This document shows, piece after piece, positions 9,264 through 17,586 of a stretch of DNA of 46,052 nt; position 1 is the stretch's first letter, and every line of letters starts with the position of its first letter. The notes beneath the pieces were generated by a model. It had not been told where the DNA came from. It saw only the letters and a program-made list of their open reading frames with translations, and searched no databases. Location of the stretch: contig DATFDV010000091.1 of the NCBI GenBank assembly GCA_035251855.1, positions 1 through 46,052 of the forward strand, given 5' to 3'. The DNA is from Burkholderiales bacterium. GTDB lineage: Bacteria; Pseudomonadota; Gammaproteobacteria; Burkholderiales; SG8-39. The translations under genes were made by a program, and so were the position numbers.

Positions 9264-9631
9264 AAGAGAGCCCGCATAAAGGGAAAACCGGCCTGCGGCG
9301 CATCCTCGCCGCGATCCAGTATTCGCTGTCCGGCCTTGCCGCCGCCGCACGGCACGAAGTCGCCTTTCGCCTCGAGCTCGCCATGGTGGCGCTGCTCGCG
9401 CCGCTCGCCCTCTGGCTCGGCGACACCGGCGTCGAGCGCGCGCTGCTGCTCGGTTGCCTGCTCCTGGTGCTGATCGTCGAGCTGATCAACTCGGCGATCG
9501 AGGCCGCCGTCGACCGCATCTCGTTGGAGCATCACCGCCTGGCGAAGCGCGCCAAGGACATCGGCGCCGCCGCGGTGATGCTCTCGCTGGTGAATGCCGG
9601 CGTGGTCTGGCTGCTGCTGATCCTCGACTAG
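9239..9631 (+). CDS. dgkA: Diacylglycerol kinase (prokaryotic DgkA family); start unresolved, ATT 9239 proposed
   Basis: The C-terminal part has the DgkA signature LIVELINSAIEAAVDRIS...RAKDIGAAAV. Homology (PHKGKTGLRRILAAIQYSLSGLAAAARHEVAFR) continues upstream of the first ATG (9383) in a frame with no ATG/GTG/TTG back to the stop at 9185. ATT 9239 is preceded by AGGAGGAG (9226-9233). CTG 9293 is an alternative start. Confidence 0.8.
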   Translation: MHARDPHVEESPHKGKTGLRRILAAIQYSLSGLAAAARHEVAFRLELAMVALLAPLALWLGDTGVERALLLGCLLLVLIVELINSAIEAAVDRISLEHHRLAKRAKDIGAAAVMLSLVNAGVVWLLLILD

Positions 9632-10026
9632 GATCGGCGCCGGCCGTCCACGCTGAGCGCGCCCGGTCCGACGGCGGCGACGAACAGCATCCCGCCGATG
9701 ATCGCCAGATTCTTCAGGAAGTGGTTCATCTGGTTGGCGTACTGCGCGGGGTCGACTTCCCAGAAGCGGTGCGCGGCAAAGGCGGCGATCGCCGTGAACA
9801 GCGCAAGCAGCAAGGCCGCCCAGCGCGCCTTCCAGCCCAGGACCAGCAGGATGCCGCCGCCGAGCTCGATCGCGATGGCGACCCAGACCATCACGTCCGG
9901 CATCGGGAAGCCGAGCTTCGCGAAGTAGCCGGCGCTCCCCGCCACCGCCATGAGCTTGCGGTAACCGGCGACTAGAAACACCAGCGAAAGCAGGATGCGG
10001 CCGACGAGCAGTGCGCTATGGTTCAT
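9628..10026 (-). CDS. DoxX family membrane protein
   Basis: 132 aa, four predicted hydrophobic helices. The N-terminus LVGRILLSLVFLVAGYRKL and FAAHRFW are typical of DoxX/DoxD-like proteins. Confidence 0.8.
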   Translation of the reverse strand: MNHSALLVGRILLSLVFLVAGYRKLMAVAGSAGYFAKLGFPMPDVMVWVAIAIELGGGILLVLGWKARWAALLLALFTAIAAFAAHRFWEVDPAQYANQMNHFLKNLAIIGGMLFVAAVGPGALSVDGRRRS

Positions 10027-10063
10027 GGTGCCTCCCCTCGTTGTTATGAATCGATTCTAGCGC

Positions 10064-12187
10064 TCAGCCGCGCGCCACGCGAATCACGCCCTTCAGCTGC
10101 CGCACCAGCGCGAGGGCGCGCTTGAGCTGAGCCACGTTGGCGACATCGAAAGTGAAGCGCATGAACGCCAGCTCGTCGCGCGTCTGCGTGCGCACCGCGG
10201 TGACGTTGATCTTCTCGCGCGCCAGCGCATCGCCGATGTCGCGCAGCAGGCCGCGCCGGTCGCTCGCGGTGACCGCCATGTCGACGGTATAGACCGAATC
10301 GGTCGTGCCCCACGCGGTCTCCATGACGCGCTCCGGGTGCGCCTCGGCCAGGCGTTTCAGGCTGGCGCAGTCCTCGCGGTGCACGGAGACGCCCTTGCCG
10401 CGCGTGACGAAGCCGCGGATCGCGTCCGGCGGCACCGGCTTGCAGCATTTGGCGAGCTGCGTGGCGAGGCCGCCCATGCCCACCACGAGCATGGACGCCT
10501 TGCCCACCCCGGTTTTCTTTTTCCTGACCTCAGGAGCCGCTACGGCTGGCGTATCGGCCCCCTTGAGCGCGACCTGCAATTGCCTCAAGTTGACTTCGTC
10601 GCGCGCCACGGCCGCGAACATCTCGTCGGGCTTGCCGAAGCCCAGCTTGGTCGCCAGCGCCTCCAAGCTAACGTGCGTCGCCCCCTCGCGGCGCAGTTCC
10701 TTCTCCACCACCGCACGGCCGGCGGCGACGGTCTCGGCGAGCGCCTTGGCATTGAACCACTGCCGGATCTTGTGGCGCGCGCGCGCGCTGTGGACGAAGC
10801 CGCGCTCCGCGTTCAGCCAGTCGCGCGACGGGCCGCCGCTTTTCGCCGCCACGATCTCGACGCGCTGGCCGCTGGCGAGCGGCTTATCCAGCTTGACCAG
10901 GTGGCCGTCGACCCGCGCGCCGCGGCAGCGGTGGCCCAGGTCGGTGTGCAGCGCGTAGGCGAAGTCGATCGGCGTCGAGCCCGCCGGCAGGTCGACCACC
11001 CGGCCCTGCGGCGTAAGCACGTAGATGACGTCGTCCAGTGTAGGCCGCTTGATGGGCACTTCGTCGCGCCAGGCTAGAAGCTGGCGCAGCCAGGCCACCT
11101 TCTGCTCGAACGCTTTCGAAGCTTTGGCCTTCTCCTTGTATTGCCAGTGCGCGGCGATGCCGTACTCGGCCTGGCGGTGCATCTCCTCGGTGCGGATCTG
11201 CACTTCGAGGGTGCGGCCGCGCGGGCCGAGCACCGCGGTATGCAGTGACTGGTAAAGGTTGCCCTTAGGGCGCGAGATGTAGTCGTCGAACTCCTTCGGG
11301 ATCGGCTGCCACACGTTGTGCACCACGCCGAGCGCGGCGTAGCAGTCCTTCACCTCCGGCACGATCACGCGGAGCGCGCGCACGTCGTACACCTGGCTGA
11401 AGTCCAGGCTCTTGCCGCGCATCTTGTTCCAGATGGAATAGATGTGCTTCGGCCGGCCGGTGATCTCGGCCTTCACGCCGAGGGCGGCGAGCTCCTGTCC
11501 CAGCGTCTTGATCGCCGCGGCGATGTACTGCTCGCGCTCCACGCGCTTCTCATCGAGCATGCGGGCGATGCGCTTGTAGACCTCGGGCTCGAGGAAGCGC
11601 AACGACAGGTCCTCGAGCTCCCACTTCAGCTGCCAAACACCCAGGCGGTTGGCAAGCGGCGCGTAGATGTCCAGCGTCTCGCGCGCATAGGACGCTTTTT
11701 CCTCGGAAGGGTTTTTTGCCAAAAAGCGCAGAGTCTGGGTCCGGCTCGCCAGGCGGATGAGCACCACGCGCACGTCCTCGGCCATGCCGAGCACCATCTT
11801 GCGCAGGATCTCGTTCTGCTCGCGAGGCGTGCCGCGCGTCGCCAGGCGCAGCTGGTAGAGCTTCTCCACGCCGCCCGCCAGCGCCGCGACCTCCTCGCCG
11901 ACGAGCTCATGAAGCTTCTGCGGGTCGGCCAGGTACTTGGGTGCAGCGAACAGCACTCCCGCCGCGCGCGCCGCTGCATCGACGCCGATCGCCGCGAGGT
12001 TGCCGGCGAGCCCCAGCCCATGCGCCCACACCGGCTCGCCGCTGGAGAGCACCTGGCCGGCGTAGAGCGGCTCGGCGAGCTCGAGCGCGCGGCCGATCAG
12101 CGCGCGTTCGGTCGCCGGCAGACCCGCAGCGAGCGGCTCGAGCGCCGCAGCGCCGGACAGAGGATGAAGCTGGACCACCGAGACCAT
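10064..12187 (-). CDS. relA: GTP pyrophosphokinase / (p)ppGpp synthetase, RelA-type (degenerate HD domain)
   Basis: RelA/SpoT synthetase core (RPKHIYSIWNKMRGK, YDVRALRVIV, PKGNLYQSLHTAV, LEVQIRTEEMH), a TGS domain (VLTPQGRVVDLPAGSTPIDFAYALH) and a C-terminal ACT. The N-terminal HD region lacks the His-Asp hydrolase motif. ATG at 12187 (MVSVVQ); the track ORF starts 15 codons earlier. Confidence 0.9.
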   Translation of the reverse strand: MVSVVQLHPLSGAAALEPLAAGLPATERALIGRALELAEPLYAGQVLSSGEPVWAHGLGLAGNLAAIGVDAAARAAGVLFAAPKYLADPQKLHELVGEEVAALAGGVEKLYQLRLATRGTPREQNEILRKMVLGMAEDVRVVLIRLASRTQTLRFLAKNPSEEKASYARETLDIYAPLANRLGVWQLKWELEDLSLRFLEPEVYKRIARMLDEKRVEREQYIAAAIKTLGQELAALGVKAEITGRPKHIYSIWNKMRGKSLDFSQVYDVRALRVIVPEVKDCYAALGVVHNVWQPIPKEFDDYISRPKGNLYQSLHTAVLGPRGRTLEVQIRTEEMHRQAEYGIAAHWQYKEKAKASKAFEQKVAWLRQLLAWRDEVPIKRPTLDDVIYVLTPQGRVVDLPAGSTPIDFAYALHTDLGHRCRGARVDGHLVKLDKPLASGQRVEIVAAKSGGPSRDWLNAERGFVHSARARHKIRQWFNAKALAETVAAGRAVVEKELRREGATHVSLEALATKLGFGKPDEMFAAVARDEVNLRQLQVALKGADTPAVAAPEVRKKKTGVGKASMLVVGMGGLATQLAKCCKPVPPDAIRGFVTRGKGVSVHREDCASLKRLAEAHPERVMETAWGTTDSVYTVDMAVTASDRRGLLRDIGDALAREKINVTAVRTQTRDELAFMRFTFDVANVAQLKRALALVRQLKGVIRVARG

Positions 12188-12203
12188 GCGGTATTTTACG
12201 GGG

Positions 12204-12947
12204 ATGGGCTGGCTCACCGACTGGCGGCGCAAGCGCGTGCTGCGCCGGCATCAGATCGACGACGCGCTGTGGCGCAGGGCCGTGGATGGCTTGGAGTTCA
12301 TCAATCGCCTCCCACCTTCCAAGGCCGATTCCCTCAAACGACTATGCCTGCTGTTCCTCGCGGAGAAGCAGTTCGCCGGCACGCACGGCCTGGAAGTGAG
12401 CGACGCGATGCGCGTGTCGATCGCGGCGCAGGCCTGCCTGCCGGTGCTCGAGCTCGGACTGGACTGGTACGCCGGCTTCACCGGCGTGGTGGTGTATCCC
12501 GGCGACTTCCGCGTGCGCCGCGTCGAGACCGACGAGCACGGCGTGGTGCACGAGTGGGACGACGAGCTCGCCGGCGAGGCGATGCCGGGCGGCCCGGTTG
12601 TACTTTCCTGGGACGCCATGGCGAACGACCCGCAGATGAACGTGGTGATCCACGAATTCGCGCACAAGCTCGACATGCTGAGCGGCGCCGCCGACGGGCT
12701 GCCACCGCTGCACGTGGGCATGTCGCGCGAGGCCTGGATCGCCGCGTTCAAGGGAGCCTACGAAGGCTTCTGCGACGCGGTGGAACGCGGCAAGGAAACG
12801 TGGCTCGATCCGTACGCGGCCGAGCACCCCTCGGAATTCTTCGCCGTGATCAGCGAGGCGTTCTTCAAGGATGCTGCCCAGACCCGGCGGCGCTATCCCG
12901 AGGTCTTCGCCCAGCTCAGGCTCTTCTACAAACAGGACCCTTCATGA
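12204..12947 (+). CDS. mtfA: Zinc-dependent peptidase MtfA (Mlc titration factor A, M90 family)
   Basis: Motifs shared with E. coli MtfA: CLPVLELGLDWY, VIHEFAHKLD (HExxH), EFFAVISEAFF, FYKQDP. In-frame ATGs at 12186 and 12204. Confidence 0.85.
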   Translation: MGWLTDWRRKRVLRRHQIDDALWRRAVDGLEFINRLPPSKADSLKRLCLLFLAEKQFAGTHGLEVSDAMRVSIAAQACLPVLELGLDWYAGFTGVVVYPGDFRVRRVETDEHGVVHEWDDELAGEAMPGGPVVLSWDAMANDPQMNVVIHEFAHKLDMLSGAADGLPPLHVGMSREAWIAAFKGAYEGFCDAVERGKETWLDPYAAEHPSEFFAVISEAFFKDAAQTRRRYPEVFAQLRLFYKQDPS

Positions 12948-14017
12948 CCACCGTGCGCAAGCTGACGCAATACGTGCCGCTCACTCGCGAGGAGTTCGGC
13001 CGGCGGTTCTTCGAGCGCTTCTACGATCCGGCTTTCGACACGGTGAAGAGCGAGCTGGAGAAAGTCTGCGAGCGCGCCTGGGATGGCTACATCAAGTACC
13101 GCAAGTCGCCGCGCACCCAGGCGGCGGGGCCGGAATTCTCCGATCCCGCGTTTCAACTGCCGGTGGAATGGCTGCAAACGCGCCAGGCAATCCAGGAAGC
13201 GGAGCTCAAGCAGAAAAACCTCTCGTCGCCTTCCCGCATCCTGATCGTCAGCGGCGCCACACGCAGCGAGCACACCTGCCCGGGCGAAGTCTCCAAGACG
13301 CGCCGCCTCGCCGCTCACGCGGCAAAGACCATCGAAGCGCAAGGCGGCTGCGAGGTCGACCTGCTCGACCTGTCGCATCTGGCGGACGAGCCGTGGCTGG
13401 TGATCCATCCCTGCAAGGCCTGCGTCTCGACCTCGATGGCGTTGTGCCACTGGCCGTGCAGCTGCTATCCGAACCACGCCATGGGCCAGACCAACGACTG
13501 GATGGCAAAAATCTACCCCCGCTGGGTCGCCGCGCATGGGGTATTCCTGCTCTGTCCGGTGCACTGGTATCAGGCGCCGGCCAGCCTCAAACTGATGATG
13601 GACCGCCTGGTGTGTGCCGACGGCGGTAACCCCGATCCGACCACCACGCGCGGCAAGGACCCGGCCGCGGCCAAGGCGCTCGAGCTCGCCGGCTGGCCGT
13701 ATCCGCGCCATCTGGCCGGCCGCGCCTTCGCGGTGCTCGCGCACGGCGACTCGCAAGGGCACGAAGGCGTGCGCGAGGCGCTCACCGCATGGTTGTCGAG
13801 CATCGGCATGCTGCAGGCCGGCGCCCAGGCCACCGTCGATACCCTGATCGGCTATTGGGAGCCCTACGCCACCAGCCACGACAAGCTCGATGCCCAGCCC
13901 GAGACCTTCGTACAGGTGGAGAACGCCGCGAAGAGTCTCGTCAACATGGTGCGCGCCATCCGCACCGGCGCCTATCGCGCGCCGGACGCCGGCTTAAGGA
14001 ATCCGCGCCAGAAATAA
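12944..14017 (+). CDS. Flavodoxin-like-fold NAD(P)H-dependent FMN reductase family protein with a Cys cluster and an N-terminal extension
   Basis: 358 aa. Its ATG 12944 overlaps the mtfA stop (ATGA). The core ILIVSGATRSEHTCPGEVSKTRRL...VFLLCPVHWYQAPASLKLMMDRL is FMN_red-like. It contains a CKAC-x8-C-x3-CxC cluster (HPCKACVSTSMALCHWPCSCY), reminiscent of iron-sulfur flavoproteins. Confidence 0.65.
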   Translation: MTTVRKLTQYVPLTREEFGRRFFERFYDPAFDTVKSELEKVCERAWDGYIKYRKSPRTQAAGPEFSDPAFQLPVEWLQTRQAIQEAELKQKNLSSPSRILIVSGATRSEHTCPGEVSKTRRLAAHAAKTIEAQGGCEVDLLDLSHLADEPWLVIHPCKACVSTSMALCHWPCSCYPNHAMGQTNDWMAKIYPRWVAAHGVFLLCPVHWYQAPASLKLMMDRLVCADGGNPDPTTTRGKDPAAAKALELAGWPYPRHLAGRAFAVLAHGDSQGHEGVREALTAWLSSIGMLQAGAQATVDTLIGYWEPYATSHDKLDAQPETFVQVENAAKSLVNMVRAIRTGAYRAPDAGLRNPRQK

Positions 14018-14019
14018 TT

Positions 14020-14865
14020 TCAGGAAACCAGCGCCCGGAAGCAGGCCTCCATCCGCGCGGGGTCGGCGTCGCCCCCGGTAAACAGCTTGAAGCCGCGGAT
14101 CGCCTGGCCGACGTTCATGTGGCCGCCGTCGGAGGTGGCGCAGCCGGCGCGCCGCGCCGCCTTGAGGAGCTCGGTTTCGAGCGGCACGTAAACAATCTCG
14201 GAAACCCACATCGAAGGGCGCAGCAGCGCCGCGTCGAGCGGCATGCCCGGCGTGCTCGCCATGCCGGTATTGGTCGCATGAATCAGGCCGCTGGCACGCG
14301 ACAGTGCGGCACTCAACTCGGTGGTGGCCCTGGCGCGGGCACCGGGCAGATGCTGATTCAAACGGATGGCGAGGGCCGCCGCGCGCGCCGAGTCGCGGTC
14401 GAAGATCATGAGCTGTGATGCACCGAGGCGAAGCACCGCGTCGGCGCAAGCCGAGCCGGCGCCACCGGCCCCGAGCAGCACGACGCGCCCGAGATCTGCC
14501 TTCGGCAGCGCGCGCTGGAAGCCCCAGCTCCATCCCGAGCCGTCGGTGTTGTAGCCGACCAGGCGATCGCCTTCGCGCACCACCGTGTTGACCGCGGCGA
14601 TCGCGCGTGCCTCGTCCGAAAGGGCGTCCAGCAGCGGGATCACGGCCTGCTTGCAGGGGAAGGTGATGTTCAGGCCGGCAAAGCCGATCGCGCGGACCGC
14701 GCGCATCAGCTCCGGCAACGCCTCCATGCCGACCCGCGCCGCGTCGAGGTCGATGAGCTGATAGTGCACGCGCAGGCCGTGATGCCGACCTTCCTCCTCG
14801 TGCAGCGCGGGCGACATCGAGCGCTGGATGCCGGCGCCGATCAGGCCGAGGAGCAGTTTCTTCAC
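14020..14865 (-). CDS. aroE: Shikimate/quinate 5-dehydrogenase family protein (AroE/YdiB paralogue, probably catabolic)
   Basis: From GTG 14865: VKKLLLGLIGAGIQRSMSPALHEEEG..., GLNITFPCKQ, NTVV...GYNTDGSG and a Rossmann motif LLGAGGAGSA. Its start overlaps the cupin stop (GTGA). The symbol denotes the family only. Confidence 0.85.
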   Translation of the reverse strand: MKKLLLGLIGAGIQRSMSPALHEEEGRHHGLRVHYQLIDLDAARVGMEALPELMRAVRAIGFAGLNITFPCKQAVIPLLDALSDEARAIAAVNTVVREGDRLVGYNTDGSGWSWGFQRALPKADLGRVVLLGAGGAGSACADAVLRLGASQLMIFDRDSARAAALAIRLNQHLPGARARATTELSAALSRASGLIHATNTGMASTPGMPLDAALLRPSMWVSEIVYVPLETELLKAARRAGCATSDGGHMNVGQAIRGFKLFTGGDADPARMEACFRALVS

Positions 14866-15215
14866 CGCAGCGCCGCCAGTTCGGCCGGCTCCTCGGCATC
14901 GATGAACACCATGCCGAGCCGGCACACCGCGTCGCCGCGGTTGATCCAGGCATGGTTGGTGCCGCGCTGAACGACCACGTCGCCGGCGGCGAGCCGCACT
15001 TCGCGGCGCGGCGGCGGCACGCGGATCTCGCGCGCGGCGCGGTCGGCGGCGCCGGAGACCAGCGCCGGAGTCTCCTCGGTTACCCAGAGCAAGGTGGAGG
15101 CGTTTCCCGCCTCCCGCTGCTTCACGTTCGGCGCCGGCGTATCGAGCAGTACCGTGGAACGGCCGTCGGCGCGATGGCCAGTGACGATACGCCTGACGGC
15201 CTTGGGCCTGCTCAT
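14862..15215 (-). CDS. Cupin domain protein
   Basis: 117 aa. The pattern RRIVTGHRADGRSTVLLD...LLWVTE...LAAGDVVVQRGTNHAWINRGDAVCRLGMVFI is typical of small single-domain cupins. Overlaps both neighbours by 4 nt. Confidence 0.7.
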   Translation of the reverse strand: MSRPKAVRRIVTGHRADGRSTVLLDTPAPNVKQREAGNASTLLWVTEETPALVSGAADRAAREIRVPPPRREVRLAAGDVVVQRGTNHAWINRGDAVCRLGMVFIDAEEPAELAALR

Positions 15216-15808
15216 GCGATCTCTCCTGCGCTCAGCGAGTAAGCCGGGCGATAGATGCCGGCGATGCCCGCGGGAATCCTGCTCTTCGTTACGGCTTCGA
15301 CGTCGTAGCCGCCGATGAGCATGACCCAGTCTGCGCTCGCGTCGCCGCCGCGGATTTTCTGCTCGGTGGTCGGGGTGCCAGGGATTGGCTGGGATTGGAG
15401 CACATGCGCACTGGTCAGGCCGGGACCCCGCGGCAACCTGGTTGGGTTGGAGGTTGGCGAAAAGCGGATCGTCGCCAGCGCATGCGGCACGCCGCCACCC
15501 CAGCCTTCGCGCAGCACGCAGAGGCTGCGCACCATGTTGCGATGGTGCGGCATCATCTTGCGCGACCAGGGGGTGGGATTATTGAGCCGATCGAGGTACG
15601 CACCGCCGGTCAAGGTGGCCAGCCCGGCGACTTCATAAAGAACGAAATAGGACGGCTCGCCGGAGACGGCAATCCAGCGCGTGCCGCGCAGGAAGCCCGG
15701 GATGGCGAGGCGCTCGGGCATGTGCTCGCTCGAATGCCAGTCCTCCCACTCGGCGCGCATCTCGGGCGCTACGTCCCACCACATGACAACCGCAGCGTTG
15801 CCCAGCAT
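15212..15808 (-). CDS. Hypothetical protein, 198 aa (family not recognised)
   Basis: Clean ORF with GC3-rich codons, 12 nt downstream of dctM and overlapping the cupin start. The N-terminus VVMWWDVAPEMRAEWEDWHSSEHMPERLAIPGFLRGTRW could be an alpha/beta-barrel (EthD/Dabb-like) fold, but I cannot assign a family. Confidence 0.55.
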   Translation of the reverse strand: MLGNAAVVMWWDVAPEMRAEWEDWHSSEHMPERLAIPGFLRGTRWIAVSGEPSYFVLYEVAGLATLTGGAYLDRLNNPTPWSRKMMPHHRNMVRSLCVLREGWGGGVPHALATIRFSPTSNPTRLPRGPGLTSAHVLQSQPIPGTPTTEQKIRGGDASADWVMLIGGYDVEAVTKSRIPAGIAGIYRPAYSLSAGEIA

Positions 15809-15820
15809 CGAAGCCTCAGT

Positions 15821-17113
15821 TCACCCTTTGTAGCCGAGAAGCCGCGGCAGGAAAAGCACCAGATCCGGGACCAGCGTAATCAGCGCCAGCGCGCCGAGCA
15901 GGACGGCGAGAAACGGCATGATCTCGCGCACCAGGTCCTTCAGCGTCACGTTGGCGATCTTCACCATCATGAAGAGCAGCAGGCCGTAAGGCGGCGTGAC
16001 CAGGCCGATCATGATGTTCACCACCGCCACCACGCCGAAATGCACCGGGTCGACACCGAGTGCCGTCGCTGTCGGCAGCAGGACCGGCACGATCACCAGC
16101 AGGATCGTGGTGCCCTCGAGAAAGCAGCCCAGCAACAGCAGCAGCACGTTGGTCGCCAGCAGGAAGCCGAGCGGCGAGAGCTCGTACCCCTTGAGGAAGC
16201 TGCTCAAGGTGCGCGGGATGTTCTCCGCCGTGATCACGTAATTGAATACCAGGGCGCCCGCGATCAGCATGCCGATCGAAATCGTGATGCGCGAGCTGGT
16301 CATCAGGGAGTGATAGACGTCTCGCCAGCCGATGCTGCGGTAGAGGATGGCCGAAGCGAGCAACGCATAGAGCGCGGCGACGGCCGCGGCTTCGGTGGGC
16401 GTGGTGATGCCGCTGTAAAGGCAGCCCAGCAGGATCACCGGCATGAGCAGCGCCGGAATCGCCTGCCAGGTCACGCGCGGCAGCTCGCGCAAGGGCACCG
16501 GCGCCTCGACCGGGAAATTGCGCCGCCGGGCGGTATACGCGATCAGCGCGCATTGCACGCTGCCGAGCAGCAGCCCCGGGACCACGCCGGCGAGGAAGAG
16601 ATAACCGATGGAGGTGTCCGACACCAGCGCGTAGATCACCAGCGGAATCGACGGCGGGATGATCGGCCCGATGACCGAAGAGGCGGCGGTCAGCGCAGCG
16701 GCGAAGCTCGGCGTGTACTTGCGGTCCTTCGTCATCAGCGTCTGCATGATCCTGCCGCTGCCCGCCGCGTCCGCCAGCGCCGAGCCCGACATGCTGGCGA
16801 AGATGATGCTCTGCACCACGTTGACCTGCGCCAGCCCGCCGCGGAACCGCCCGACCAGCGCGTTACAGAAACGCAGCAGGCGGTCCATGATGCTGCCGCT
16901 GTTCATGAACTCGGCGGCGAGGATGAACAGCGGAATGGCGAGCAGCAGGTGGCTGGTGTACATGCCGTTGAGCAGCTGCTCGGCCGCGGTGCCCATGTCG
17001 AGACCCTTGGTCCAGAGGTAGAGTACCGAGCCGGCGATCATCGCGTGCCCGATCGGCAGTCCGAACAGGCTGAGGGCCACGATCGCCGCGACGGCTATGG
17101 CGAAAGGGCTCAC
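15821..17113 (-). CDS. dctM: TRAP transporter large permease subunit
   Basis: 430 aa polytopic membrane protein with a typical DctM N-terminus and length. Overlaps dctQ by 4 nt. Confidence 0.9.
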   Translation of the reverse strand: MSPFAIAVAAIVALSLFGLPIGHAMIAGSVLYLWTKGLDMGTAAEQLLNGMYTSHLLLAIPLFILAAEFMNSGSIMDRLLRFCNALVGRFRGGLAQVNVVQSIIFASMSGSALADAAGSGRIMQTLMTKDRKYTPSFAAALTAASSVIGPIIPPSIPLVIYALVSDTSIGYLFLAGVVPGLLLGSVQCALIAYTARRRNFPVEAPVPLRELPRVTWQAIPALLMPVILLGCLYSGITTPTEAAAVAALYALLASAILYRSIGWRDVYHSLMTSSRITISIGMLIAGALVFNYVITAENIPRTLSSFLKGYELSPLGFLLATNVLLLLLGCFLEGTTILLVIVPVLLPTATALGVDPVHFGVVAVVNIMIGLVTPPYGLLLFMMVKIANVTLKDLVREIMPFLAVLLGALALITLVPDLVLFLPRLLGYKG

Positions 17114-17586
17114 TCATCCACCTCGCGGCCGCGCAGCAGGTGCGCCAGGACCCACAGGTAGCGGACCATCACCGCGACTGCGAACACGAGGTAGATCGAG
17201 AACAGCCAGTCGAAGCGGATCTTGAGGTACGCGGTGCTCTCGACCTTCATGAAGGTGACGTAGCTCCAGGTCGCGGGCAGCGACGCGCCATACAGGATCA
17301 GCGCCGCCAGCGCGGCGACGATGCCGAGGGCGATGCGCATGCGCCGGCCGACCGATCCGCTGATCAGATCGAAACGGATCTCCTCGCTTTCCTTCAGCAC
17401 GAAGGCCGCGCCCCAGAGCACCAGCCACAGCCACATGATGACCGTCAGCTCCGAGGTCCAGCCGATCGGAAAGTTGAAGAAGTAGCGGAAAACGATCTGG
17501 ATGATGAACGCGACGAACAGCACCCCGAGCATGGCCACGGCGACGTTCTCCGCGCGGCGCCGCAGCCAGGCTCCGAAGCTATGCAT
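17110..17586 (-). CDS. dctQ: TRAP transporter small permease subunit
   Basis: 158 aa, four hydrophobic segments, positioned between dctP and dctM. Its start abuts the dctP stop. Confidence 0.85.
   Translation of the reverse strand: MHSFGAWLRRRAENVAVAMLGVLFVAFIIQIVFRYFFNFPIGWTSELTVIMWLWLVLWGAAFVLKESEEIRFDLISGSVGRRMRIALGIVAALAALILYGASLPATWSYVTFMKVESTAYLKIRFDWLFSIYLVFAVAVMVRYLWVLAHLLRGREVDE

Noticed and set aside
11318-12943. The N-terminal 540 codons of the 899 aa plus-strand ORF (11318-14017).
   Set aside because: It is antisense to relA and then out of frame through mtfA. Only the last 358 codons (from ATG 12944) have a flavoprotein-like sequence.
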